Positions 22,351 to 34,273 of a stretch of DNA of 34,273 nt are shown here, one piece after another. The position numbers were made by a program, and so were the translations under genes. Source of the DNA: Nemertoderma westbladi (Eukaryota > Animalia > Xenacoelomorpha); assembly GCA_032718475.1 (NCBI GenBank), contig JAUCBJ010005371.1:1-34273 (forward strand), given 5' to 3'. How positions within the stretch are numbered: position 1 is the stretch's first letter; the number at the start of each line of letters is the position of its first letter. Under the pieces are notes generated by a model. The model made no database searches, had not been told where the DNA came from, and saw only the letters and a program-made list of their open reading frames with translations.

Positions 22351-25300
22351 AGTCTTTGGTTTAACAGACTCCGCTCCCTTGGCTTGTCTGATCTTCGCGG
22401 TGGTGAGATGGGGGGGCCATTCCTCCACTTCTTTACTCAGGAAGTCGGACCTAACCAATCTGGCGTATCAGTTAGTTATTTGCGTGTAGCTCCCCTGGAG
22501 GCGATGTCGGCTGGATTAATAGTCCCAGGCCAATGTCTCCATTGGTCCACCTTTGTGTGACTGAGTATAATATCTACGCAGTTAGTGACAAAGACGCTGA
22601 ACTGGCAGACTTCGTTAGTCAAATATTCTAGAACGAGTAATGCTTCCGTCCAATAAACAGTTTTCTCCAACGGGTATTCTATCTGTTCAGTGATATTCCA
22701 ACCAATGGCGGTAGCGTATAGTGCTGCTTTTAACTCCGCTCTAGGGACCCGCAACTTGTTGTTTATTAGAGCCTTTGAGGCGGCTAAGGAAACCTTAATT
22801 CTGTCTGGCATTTCGACTCTCAAATAGGCTACTATACCTATTCCAATGTCGCTGGCGTCTCCAAACACGTGGAGTTGATAGGAATAGGTGGGGAGAACAT
22901 GACCGAAATATGAGCGAAAAATCTTAAAGTCTTCAATAGATGGTAAAGAGTTCTCCCACTTCATCCATTTCTTCAATAGTTCACCCTTTAGTGGGTCATC
23001 CCAAGAATGGTTTTCGAGCCACATCTGCTGGACTAGACTCCGAGCAACCAGGATTACTGGACTAATGAATCCCAATGGAATGAAATCGTGCTTAGAATAC
23101 TCAAGCAGATCCTTTTAGTTTGAACAGGATCATTGCGTTGTTTTAATTCGAAGAACAAAATATCCCTCTCTGTATCCCACTTCAGTCCGAGGGTTTTGGT
23201 TTCCGAGAGGTCGTCTTTAAAGAGGTCGAGATCTTTAGCACCTCGTTCCTTCTCTGGGAACGCCTCCAGAAACTCACGGGAGTTGCTGGTGAATTTAGTT
23301 AACCAGAATCCACCGCATTGAAGACACTCTACCGTTCCCTTGGCAACCTCTATAGCTTCTTCCACCATAGGTAGTGACTTAAGGTTGTCATCCATGTAGA
23401 TGTCACGTTTGATGTTATCGATGACTGCTTTGGGGAAGGTTGATTTTCATCAGCAGTAGTACGCACCACTGAGCAGGCATTGGACAGACTAGAGATAATG
23501 CCGAAGGCCTGGATTGTCATCCAGTACACTACAGGTTCTTTGTCGAAGTCACCATCAGGCCAGAATAAGAACCGTAAGCTATCTCCGTCCTGTTGCAATG
23601 CTTTTACCTGAAGAAACATGCCTTCTATATCGGAAGCAAAGGCGATAGAATACTGCCGGAGTCGCAGTAGTATTCCCAACAGTGATTGAAGTAGGTTGGG
23701 TCCCGTCAATAACTCCGAGTTGAGAGATTGTCCCTTATACAGCGCAGAGCCGTCGAACACCACCCAGTCTTCGTTGGGCTTTCCGGGTTTGGGAACGTAG
23801 TGGTGTGTTGTATGTTCTCCGTCACAGGTGTATCGGTTGGAACTCGCTCCGCATATCACTTGTTGATGAACCATTTCAACAGGGTCTTGTGAATCTCTTT
23901 GGCTTTATCATTCCTCGATAAGCGTCGATGTAGCTGTTCGATTCTCTTGATGGCTAACGGTCAATTGTTTATGAAGCTGGGTTCTCTCTTCCGGAAAGGT
24001 AAACCAATCTTGTAACGACCCTCCTCTTGTAGATAATGAATAGTCGTCGCTTGGATCTGTTTAGCTCTCTCCTCCTCTACTGATAGGGCCCTATAATACG
24101 AGTTGGGTTCCACAGCTTCTTGCATAAAGAATCACACTGCAAGTTTATCCCTCAGTTTAGCATTGTATCGCTCCACTACCTTGTTGAGCTCATCATCCTC
24201 ATAAGCCAACAGTTCGTTATTAGGCTGTATTAAGTTACAGAGTTCGATTTGATTGGATCAAGTTTGAATTTCTGTGAGGGGTTCGGGTTTGATAACGTTC
24301 TCCTCGTCATAAAGTGTTTGTGTATCGTCGTTATCTGAGGATCATGGAGTTTCCTCAGCTGTCAGAGTCTCATCCATCACGGCATCTACACTGTTATACA
24401 CTTGAGGGACATGTTCGTCCTATCCTCTTTCTCTGAGGGTACGTCCAGAGGGTCCCATGAGGTACCAACCCACTTTGGTTCTTCCCGCGTAAATTTGTAA
24501 GGGTCGCGGTTGCGCAATGCGCATGTCGTTTTTCTATAGTCTCGAGCGCTTCGTGCGCATTTTAGCTGATGAGCATCTGAACTTCCGGAAAATTGGGTTT
24601 GAATCTGGCAACTCGGTGTCTCTGGGCGAAGGAGTCTTCATCCCAGTCATAAGGAAGGTTCTACTTGACTAGCGGCAAAGTTCTTAATAGCTACCATCTT
24701 AATGGACCTTATGCTGTTCCTACCAGATTCATCATGTGGAGTTGATAGTGATCCCATATAATAGTCCGTAGCTACGGTTGATTTCCATACCTGCATGATT
24801 CCTGAGAGATTTAATTTGGTTCGTAATTTCTCCTGTCCTGCAAATATGTCCTTGGCCAAGTCCTTGTCTATAAAGGTGCCTGTACAACCTGAATCAAGGA
24901 GGGCGTTAATGATTAAACTCTTACATTGTCCATGTATACTGAGCTGCACCACTGGGAATTCTCGTATGCCACTCGATGGTTATGAGACCTTCCATGCGAA
25001 CTGTTTATCTGGAGGGGATAGTTGGACTTCCTCTTCGTTGGTTGTCGCTTCATGGCTAAGGGCACGGTACACTGTCGTCTTGATTAGATAACAGGATTCG
25101 TTTTCATCGGAAAACTCATCGGGGCTGTAGACTCTGGTCAGTATCAATCACATCTTAAAATTGGACATGTAACTCAGGCTCACTCACCTTGCCAAACTCG
25201 CTATGTAATAACGAGTGATGTTTAGCTCTGCACTTAGTGCACCTAGTGGCTGAGTAGCAATATCTCCTCAGACAGTTGTAACATAACCTCTTATCCCAAG

Positions 25301-26850
25301 TTACACTATGTCTATCCCTGAGGTCCTTCTTTAGGAATTCCTCACACTTACTGAGGTGATGGGGTCCTTCACATGACACACACGTAGGTTTAAGATTAGT
25401 TACCTTAGGTTGTATGGTGTTCTTTCTTCGGGCTTCTTACTGAGAATTCTTTTGGGTGACATTGGAGGAGTCTTATGCTGTTCTTGCTTTCCGTCATTCT
25501 GCCGATATTTGGGTTTCCCCATGTCTTTGCTCTTACCTGTATAATAGACGTCAGCAGTATCTGGTCCACTGTCCTCATTGTAGGAGGTTTGACTCTCATA
25601 CTCGGTGTAACATACAGGCGTTACCTTTCTCCTAGCTACTGGTTTCTCGCTTACCTTGGTTTCAGGAGTATTCTCTCTAGACTGTTTAATCAGCTGTAAT
25701 CTTACCTCTCCAGTCAGGAAAGACATAAGGTCCGCCATTGTAGGATCTCTATTATGTTGATCCTCCAACTATAGCACCTTTTTGTCCCAACAGGGTACCT
25801 ACTCCACCCTTAGGTAAAGATGCCGCTACCGCTCCTACCACCATAGAACTCTGCTACTCATGAGCTTTACCTAACCATTCCAACTGTCTACAGATCTCCT
25901 GAACCTCATCAGAAAACTCTATAATTCCATTGCTAGGGAATTTCTCTATAAGAAAGAACAGTGTCAGTGGATTCCCCATACACGAGTTGATCGGCCAGCT
26001 GATTTTTCCACGTGGCAATTCCCTGAATTCATTGATTTCGTTTCGATTTCGATTTCGATTCATTCGTTGATTCATTGAAACCATACCCGCACCGCTACCT
26101 GCAGGGAGGTATCTTGTCTTCTTTTGGAGGCTTCTTCGAATGCTGACAAAATTAGTATAATCCTTAAGATCTGCTCCCGCACTTGGAACAAGAGTAGTCC
26201 TTGCGCTTGAGGTTCCAACTGTCCTCGGAATAGTTGAGTTTCCAGTTGTCCCAGGGAGTTAAAGAATCCCTGCATGTAACCAGATGCTGACCTCTTCCAC
26301 ACCACAGGGTCTCGGGGTCTCCTGATTTACTCCTAGCTGATGTAAGTCCTCCCATGGAACTTCGGAGAAGTTAAAGGGAATTGTGGGTCCGGGAAAGTTC
26401 CATTGCGATTCAACTAAGGATTCCAATTCTTCCCACGAATATCCGGCGTAACTCTCTTTAGTTGGTCTTCTATTCTTTACCCAATCCACTAAATCTTCCA
26501 AAGCTGAAAGAATTTGGGTGAGCATACCTCCAGGGAGAAAGAAGAGGGGGTTGGCGTCAGCTACCTCCGCTATTCTCTGATCAGCCGCTGTAGGTGTCAG
26601 TTCCTTGGTACTAGAGCGGTTATCGCTGGATCGCTTAGGGGTTGCTGGTGGTTCATTCCGATGTAGTTGTTCTGCTGCCGCAGCTTGAACTCGTTTCACT
26701 TGGGCCCTAGTGCCTATAATAGACCTATGGTGCTCAATTAACCTAGGTTCCGACACAACCACTGTAGGGATAGCCTTTCTTACAGTAGGTGGGGACTTAC
26801 ACTTTGGTCGGGTCCTTTCTACACTTTAATCAGGGTCACAGATCGTCTGT
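22351..26850 (-). mobile_element. Decayed BEL/Pao retrotransposon (gag, zinc knuckles, protease, RT, RNase H; integrase and 3' LTR absent)
   Basis: BEL-type knuckles CEGPHHLSKC...LCYNCL...CTKCRAKHHSLLH; protease ALLDSGCTGTFI; VVFDGSA..SLNSELLTGPNLL; MDD; QLHVFGDAS; NPADIASRG. Many stops and frameshifts. Confidence 0.92.
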
Positions 26851-27656
26851 TCTAATATGCTATCTGACATGGTGTATTTTGAATCAGACATTATAAGATG
26901 TTTCTTTACTGAATGCCTATTACTATACAACAGTCAAGTTGGCTTAACTCATCAGTATCAACTGTCAGTCTTACAGGTATAATGTATTGCTACCTAGGCA
27001 ATACAGACAGATAACAATGCATGAAATAGTGGTATACAATATATGGTATATATAACAGCATTACAGAAAACTGATATCACTCCTGAGTACCGGTATATGC
27101 GCCTAGCCTAAGTTATATAAGTATATAATAAGCATACTGTCAGTACCGGTACGATCAATAATTAAACAATAATTGATCAGTCAGTTTGTAAGAATTAGTT
27201 TCTCTTTACTTAGTGCTGATGTCAAGTAATAGGTTCAGCATATAGGACTTAGTTAGGTCTAACAGGTCTACGGGCTTAAATCTGATGAAGTTTTAAATTG
27301 AGATATATTTATATATATACCGACAGTGGGTTAAATCAATATTAATCCAGATGTTCAGAGGATTATCAACCACAGTAAGTTATTGTTGTATATCATAATG
27401 AATTATTGTTCTTACTCAGTCAGAAGTCACAATAATGATGGTAAACGCTCCTTTAGGGAGAGTTTATAGACACTAATTAAGAATAATTTCTACTGACTAA
27501 GTTACTTATCACTACGAAATTACTTAAATACGTGCGACGGGTTGAGATTACACAATCTCTAAGCAAACAATAAACAAAGGTTACACGTACAATTTTAAGG
27601 GTAAATTTAACAGGAATTTTATTAACCAGAACTTTGAATTTCTGGTTCTTACAGGA

Positions 27657-28379
27657 TTACAGTACAGATGTATAGTCTTGACCATCCCGTTGTTGCACAG
27701 CCAAAAGGTCCTTGATGTCCAAATGACGGTTTCAAAGACTTCGAAGATGCTCTTCAGTCAATCTAATGACTTCATCTAGTGGCCTATTAGTGTCCACTTT
27801 TATTCCAACAGAATTGTTAATTGTCCGTAGGAACCCTGAACAGCAACACTCCCAGAACAGGCCAACTTGAACTTCTCTCGGCCGGTTATCTATGTCCACC
27901 AACTTGCCATAGTTCGACCATAATGGCTTCCATCTTAGGAACGCACGATGATCTGTATCCTCCTTCAATATTGGTGGTTTTTTGATATCCAGTTTTGGCA
28001 AATGTCTCCAACCACCCCCACCAGCATCCTGTGGTCTAGGAACCACAACTGGTACTTCCTGAAACTTGTCATAAGATCTTCGAAGCTCAATTACATCTGC
28101 CTTCGCATCGGCGAAAGCAATCTCATGCACTAGGATTCCTGCATCATAGTCTGCGTCATCTGACTCAATGTGACAAAGAATTTCCTCATCTACAGATTGG
28201 AGCTTAATCAGTTTCTGCCCCCAGTTCTCAATTCGTTGTTCCAGTCTACATGGATTGGTCCCGACATGATATGCTGCAATTGTCCCTTCAGTTGGGGTCC
28301 TTATCTTTGTCACAACAGCCTTTAATGCGCGTCTTGACCGAATCAAAGCTTCGACTTTGTCTCTGGGTGTGGGTGCCAT
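27657..28379 (-). pseudogene. gag: Truncated gag of a second LTR retrotransposon
   Basis: DHRAFLRWKPLW...REVQV...EEHLRSL*NRHLDIKDLLAVQQRDGQD parallels the capsid region of the Gag at 6790-7926. It has an in-frame TGA at 27732-27734 and a PBS ~35 nt upstream. Confidence 0.75.
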
Positions 28380-28414
28380 CTTCAGTTATAATATTTCTTC
28401 GCCCTCAATACCCT

Positions 28415-28758
28415 ACTCGCAGCGCCATGAACTAATACCTCATTAGGTTCGTTTTAAATTGGTTCGAAAGAATAATTATAAGTGAAACATTTTAATAAAC
28501 GTTGTTTTGTATATGCAATAGACCGACAGATAATTTGGCTACGTATTTAATGAATAGTAATAGATATAAGTCGTTCAACAGATGTGTGTCCTAACAACAA
28601 TGAGCACCCGCCACCTATCATAGGAAAGGCAATAATGACACAAGCTATTATTACAGATATAATACAAAGTGACATACAGTCGTTCGACAGCTGTCAATCG
28701 TAAATAATAAACACCCACCACCTATCATAGGAAAGCAATAAAGGCACGAACTACTACA
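28415..28758 (-). repeat. PBS (28415-28427) and probable 5' LTR (28428-28758) of the truncated element
   Basis: Minus strand TGTAGTAGTTC...GGTATTAGTTCA followed by TGGCGCTGCGAGT (tRNA-Ser-like PBS). No partner LTR in the window, so the outer boundary is tentative. Confidence 0.6.
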
Positions 28759-28764
28759 ATTTGT

Positions 28765-28950
28765 TACGAAGGGATGAGAAATAGTTGAACCACTCCTCCT
28801 CTGGAACCTGTTCGAGGTAGGAACTGGACAAGAATTTCCAGTGAGAATGTTCCAAAACCATTTCCTGTCAGACTCAAATTCTTGGATGAGATTGTGCTCT
28901 CTTCTTAATTCAAATACATGCTTTCTCTCTCTAATGAGTGCCTTATAAAT
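28765..28950 (-). mobile_element. Short fragment of LINE ORF2 linker region
   Basis: YKALIRERKHVF...ESDRKWFWNIL resembles the K..W tether region between endonuclease and RT. Confidence 0.45.
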
Positions 28951-30082
28951 CCGCAAAGAAAGACAGAGACAGGCATCTAGCTGTTATCTTTGTTGACTTC
29001 TTCAAGGCCTTTGATTCAGTCTCTCGCTCACGTATGTTCAGCATACTTTCATTATATGGGATTCCTGATGAAATTATTGCAGCAATCAGATCAGTATACG
29101 ATGGTTCGACAACATTTGTGTCTACTGTTGACGGTGACACAGAACCATTTGAAGTGTTATGGGGCGTCCTCCAGGGAATCACACTTGCACCATTCTTGTT
29201 CATAATTATTGTTGACTATGTTCTACGCATGTCCTTAGATCATCATAATGATGATGGGGTGATGATAACTCCACCTACTGGCTCCAGAATTCGAGGAAAT
29301 CCCGCCAAGTACCTAACTGATCTAGACTTTGCTGATGACTTAGGAGTACTCTCTAGGAGCTGCTTCTAGTGTTGGTCTTTTTATTAACTCCAGAAAGACC
29401 AAAATTTTGACAGTAAACTTTGAAAGTCCTCAGCAAGTCTCTGATCGGATGAGCATAAGCTCAAAAGATGGTATGCTTGAGCATGTGGATGACTTCTGTT
29501 ATCTGGGATCATGGATCCGGAAGTCAGGTGAGGACCTTCCAATACGTAAGGGAAAGGAATGGGCAGCCTTGAATAGGCTTTCCAGGATTTGGAAGTCACC
29601 GAGAATTAATCGGAAACTTAAGGTCCGATTATTTAGAGCAGCAGTAGTTCCAGTACTCCTCTATGGGAGTCCATGCTGGGCTCTATCTGCTGAGGACACC
29701 AAATCTCTGGATGGCACATTCACAAGAATGCTACGCCGGGTTCATTGTGTTAAGTACAATGCACACATCTCCAACCAGACACTATATAACATTGGAGGTG
29801 TCTCATTGGTTCCCCCAAGCTTGACACTAGAACAAAATCGCCTCCGCTTTGCAGGACATTGCTTTCGCCGTGAGGACCAGCCAGTGCATAATCTTGTACT
29901 TTGGCAGCCTCATGGAGTGAATATGCATGGTGGACAGCGCATGACTTTCTTGACACGCATATTAAATAAAGGACACTGGCCTTGAAGATGCGGATGATCT
30001 AGCAAATGTCATGGGTGATAGGGAGTTGTGGCGGTGCAATTTTGTTGATAAGCCGGCACAGCATTCTTAAAAATGCAGCTGC
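28950..30082 (+). mobile_element. 5'-truncated, frameshifted RTE LINE
   Basis: FVDFFKAFDSV, GVLQGITLAPFLF, DLDFADDL, FCYLGSW, RLRFAGHCFR, LVLWQP. Confidence 0.92.
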
Positions 30083-30902
30083 GTCAATACAACTGCATCA
30101 ATAAAGATAAAGGCTCGAACAAAGGTTGAATAACGAACGGAAGGCAATGTGTAGTAAACAGATATCCCTTGGCCACTCGGAATATTTTTAGAAGATTCAA
30201 CTCTATCTACATCAGATTCGTCGTTTGAGTTAATAATCGAATGTGTTTCATCATTCTGACCACCATTTACATTACCATTATTAATAGACATCATGCAGTC
30301 CACAGTCAAGCAGTCATGTGATAGTTATATCTGTATATCTGTATATATTTCAAGAACAACAGTTTAAGTGCTGAAGGGCAGAAAGGCCACCGGCCAACAC
30401 AATAGCAAGAGGTCACCCGAGGTGTTTGTTTGAAATTGAATTGATATATCTGAATTCAGGCATTATTATAAAATAATTTCAGTAGGCCTACTGCAATTGC
30501 GCCAGCCAGCCAACAAGGCCTATCCATCTATCACTGGATCAGTTCAGTCCCCTCCCCCCTGCCCCCGGGTACTTCAGTACCTACTGTAATTTCTTAGATT
30601 ACCGGTGTTAGGTGTGGTTATATCAGTACAGCCAACAGCAGTACATGACATTTATAAATCATGGTTGTGCTGTCTGGCTGTTGTGTTGTGGAATGTGGAA
30701 GGGTTTGACTTTTCCGCGTAGGTGTAGGCTACGCGTAACCTACGCGTAGGTAAGTAGGCTACGCGTAGCCGATGGAATGCAGTTTCACGTAGGTAAATTT
30801 TTGCGTAGGTAGGCCTAACCAATGAATGAATAGAACTAGAGCCTTTATAAAAGAGAGGTAAATTGAAATAACATCAATATACAGATATATGAAGTTATAT
30901 TT

Positions 30903-30945
30903 TATAATAATAATAATAATAATAAAATAAATTTGTATAGCGCTA
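30903..30945 (-). mobile_element. L2/CR1-group-type retroposon 3' tail
   Basis: Minus strand AGCGCTATACAAAT followed by (TTA)n, a common L2-type LINE/SINE terminus. Confidence 0.55.
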
Positions 30946-31089
30946 AATTTACAATAATTAAAAAGTACACTAAGGCTCTTAAGTCACTATCTAAAGATAT
31001 TTGTACATAGCGATAAAGTACGATAAACGAAAATAAGAAACTCAATTAACAGATTAATGCACCAAATACAGACAAATTAGTGAAATATT

Positions 31090-31532
31090 TAGGATATTAA
31101 AACGGACAAGTAAGCGGTAAACGAATATGTAAAATATTTAGAGCATTAAAATAAAACCGGCAAATTTTGATAACGTTACACAATTGGGGCATTAAAAACA
31201 GGCAGATATGTGACGACACGACAACGATCAGCATAAGTTCAGTGATACAATTACAAATACTTAAATTAATTACTACAAATTGACAATGCAGTTTGTAATT
31301 TTATTGCGTGTCGAAAAGTATCAAAATAGACAAATTCGTGATCAACTAATATAAGCAAAATAATTAATTAGGGATTTAAAACGGACAATTAAGTGACAAA
31401 CGAATATGTAAAATATTTAGAGCATTAAAACCGGCAAATTTTGATAACAATAATTGGGGCATTAAAAAACAGGCAGATATGTGACACGACAACGATCAAC
31501 ATAAAGTTCAGTAATACAATTACGAATACTTT
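31090..31532. repeat. Imperfect direct repeat, ~170 bp x2 (31090-31265 and 31370-31532)
   Basis: Shared blocks AAACGAATATGTAAAATATTTAGAGCATTAAAA, AATTGGGGCATTAAAAA, GGCAGATATGTGAC, ACGACAACGATCA. Confidence 0.88.
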
Positions 31533-32563
31533 AATAAATAAAACGGTTCAATCAACAGTTCAGTTCAAATTTTCAATATAAGTAAAATTAATTAGAGCTT
31601 GTTAAAATACATGGTTAAAAAAAGTTTGTACGATATACATAATGCAGTATACATACCAACATTATTAGAGCATTAAAAGACAGTTCAATGAATTTTATTT
31701 ATAATATTTATATTTAACGTCAAGCTACTAATAGTAAAAAACCGTACCGGTAGGTATCATAGCCTCGTTTAACTTTGCCACTAGGCGGCACAAGTGCCGC
31801 CCAGTTGAATCAATTTGCCGCCCAGTCACAGCCAGAGTGCCTTCCTAATATATTATATCTGGACTAGCCTCAGCCAGCGACCAATCTAATATGTATCAAT
31901 CCCAGTAAAGTACCTACATAAACTTCTAAAGGAATAAGTGATTGACAGCACAGAGATTTCAATGGGTGATAGCCATAGTACAGTAGTAGTAGTAGTAGTG
32001 GAGGGATGAGTCAGTGTCCAACCCAATACGACCTTTACTAATGTTAGTAAAGGTCGCGCCTTTGGTCCAATCATTGTGTAGATGTCTATAGATTCCTGAT
32101 AGGCTTACTGCAGTTAATTGGTGCCTCAGATGGATATTGGATAGTTCCATCTTCCAAGGCTGCTTGCTATCACCATACTTACCTGTCTGGCACCTTTAAC
32201 CCCGCCCTACCCCTGTTAAGAGTAGTCAGTTTTCAGTATATGTTACTATTAGTATTCAGGAGAGATTTAGAAGTTTATTAGTCATTATAAACTACCCCGA
32301 GACGGCATTACATTGCATCATTGCTTTATTATGTAATAAATTGGTTTTGAAAATTAAGTGTTTACCTACTTAATTAGGGTTCGTCTATGTACATTTATTA
32401 ATAATTTGATATAATTATAATAATACTATTATTATTTTATTAATAATAATTTATTAAGTTTTAATAATGATTTTTATGATACTGTATATTTATTTATTTA
32501 TTTATGATACTGATATCATTTTTCTTATAAATTTAATTATATTATTTTTAATAAGTATATTTA

Positions 32564-32858
32564 GGCCCATGTGAAGAATACCAGACTTTCTGCCGTTATA
32601 TTTCACTTTGCAGTTACCCCCATGTGAAGAATATCAGGTTTTCACAAAAAAACACAGGTTACAGACGGGTTGAATCTAACCAAAACAATAAACGAATTAG
32701 TATATGTACAGCTTATAAGACAGAAATTAGCGCTATAAAACACTTAATAAAGATAAATTAAAAAAACATAAAATTAAAAAAAATACAAAATCTTCATATA
32801 TAAAATTCCAATAAAAAGTCCACCGAAAAGTGAAATCCTGGAATTCTTCACATGGGCG
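32564..32858. mobile_element. ~295-bp MITE
   Basis: TIR GCCCATGTGAAGAAT(A/T)CCAG at both ends, a third internal copy at ~32618, and a flanking direct repeat AGTATATTT (32554-32562 and 32859-32867). Confidence 0.8.
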
Positions 32859-34008
32859 AGTATATTTTGGCCGACAATAATTTAATTATTTATTAAAGAA
32901 ATAATTATTATAAGATTAAATTCAAGTCTTATAATCTAGCACTTTTACAGCTATATATAGACAGGGGAAGTGGACGCAAATCCCATCTTGGCGAATTAAT
33001 ATCCCGCCTCAGTTAAATTATCAATTTAGGGAAAGGAGCAGGTTACAGGGTTACAGTGGCATGTTATTTTAACCAAAACAATAAACTAAACAAAACAGTT
33101 TACAGTTTTATTTTTGAGAGTAATCAGCTGTTATTTGCGTCGAATTTCCCCTGGAGAGGGATTAATTTTTATTGCATCCAGTTCCCCCCCCCTATCTGGC
33201 TATATAATATTACAATTTCCGGCTCAAATAAATTTGGTGCATACTACAGGTACCTCCTATTTTCTACACATTAATAACCTTACCACCGATTTTAATCTCC
33301 CGATCCTTAATACCGATTTTTTTTTCATTTCATCTAGAGCAACATTTCATCAGAATTCTAAATCTGAAGTCTGTTTGTTTATAGCTTGTCCCGTTATCAA
33401 AATATCGTTTATTGTTTTGGTTAGAAAAGCCGGCAGCCTCTGTAATCTGCTCCTTTCCTTCAAATGGTATCAGACACTTATTCAAGTTACTTTATTTCAC
33501 TAATAAATTTGTAAAACTTTTAGAGAGAAAGCAGTTTTTTCAAATAGTATATAATTATTAAATTTTATTTCTTACCTTATAGATAATTAATTAATTTTTG
33601 ATTGGGCTGTGTATGGCATTTTCTCACCTATTAAATATAAATTGTAAATGTAATACAGTATGTACATGTAATTGATTTAATGTTACATCTATTATATTGA
33701 AATATAAATGGCTATATTTTATGATGCAATAAATTGAATTATTATTGGTTTCATTTAATTTTTAGTGTAATGTAATCTAATGTTATTATTTTCTTTCTAG
33801 ATGGCCTTATTGTTAAAAATATTCGGAAATAATTGTATAATTATTAATTTTGTTATCAATCCTGTTTTAACCACCTCTGAATTTCCGGTATAGGTGCCAC
33901 ATTTTCTATTATAATTTAATATTTATGTAAAATAATGATTTAATTAATTTTTGTAAAATTAGTTGTTGCTTCTTATAGAAATTATATCCATTATTGTCAA
34001 TAAACAAT

Positions 34009-34273
34009 ATATTGCCGATTGCCGCCTACGCGTCCCAGTGCTGGTTTGCCAACCGCGGCGACATGAAACTCATCGAGCAGCTACAGCACCGGGCCACGCG
34101 CTGGGTGACGTCGTCTGACCACCTCTATAAAGACAGACTCCTCCAACTTAAACTGCTTCCCCTCAACCTTTACCTGGAACTGCACGATCTCCTCCTGCTT
34201 GCTGCCATCATCAATAATCGGTTCGATTTTGAATGGCGTCCATTCGTCAAGTTTCATACGCCACCTGCTAACC
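34009..34273 (+). mobile_element. 5'-truncated CR1-group LINE, ORF2 C-terminal region; runs off the window
   Basis: Abrupt GC rise. Translation LPIAAYASQCWFANRGDMKLIEQLQHRATRWV...YKDRLLQLKLLPLNLYLELHDLL. Confidence 0.85.

Noticed and set aside
27352-27653. Candidate 5' LTR of the BEL element (minus TGTAAGAACC...CTGAACA then TCTGG)
   Set aside because: No second LTR for comparison and no convincing PBS.
13670-29345. Other CTGATGA occurrences (e.g. ~13675, 13924, 24565, 26950, 27282, 29065, 29332)
   Set aside because: None has a stem II followed by GAAA; two simply encode ADD in RT.
30067-30309. 80-aa minus-strand ORF as a host exon
   Set aside because: No recognisable domain, and its end runs into the RTE 3' end; cannot be supported without transcripts.
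32175-32185. U1 snRNA 5' end (ATACTTACCTG)
   Set aside because: The downstream sequence does not resemble U1; better read as a minus-strand splice donor or a chance match.

Overview
AT-rich eukaryotic (very likely invertebrate animal) DNA made mostly of nested transposable elements, with one clear host-type gene. (1) A ~9.1-kb Mutator-like non-autonomous element (2912-12054; ~250-bp TIRs, 9-bp TSD) contains a young, near-complete Ty3/Gypsy (Mag-like) LTR retrotransposon (3157-8373, minus strand, ATCAG TSD), a small tRNA-promoter + type I hammerhead ribozyme cassette wrapped in inverted repeats (~8765-9217, minus strand), and an internally deleted LINE with an LMDD RT motif. (2) An intronless gene for a secreted protein with an IGFBP N-terminal domain plus a 16-Cys C-terminal domain I cannot assign (18567-19289, minus) lies between two inverted decayed BEL/Pao copies, next to a 941-bp foldback MITE. 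(3) The rest is decayed RTE, CR1 and L2-like LINE pieces, a second truncated gag with PBS and probable LTR, a tRNA-derived SINE head, MITEs and tandem repeats. The most interesting signal is the Pol III/tRNA-headed minimal hammerhead cassette. All calls come from reading motifs by eye; no database search was run.
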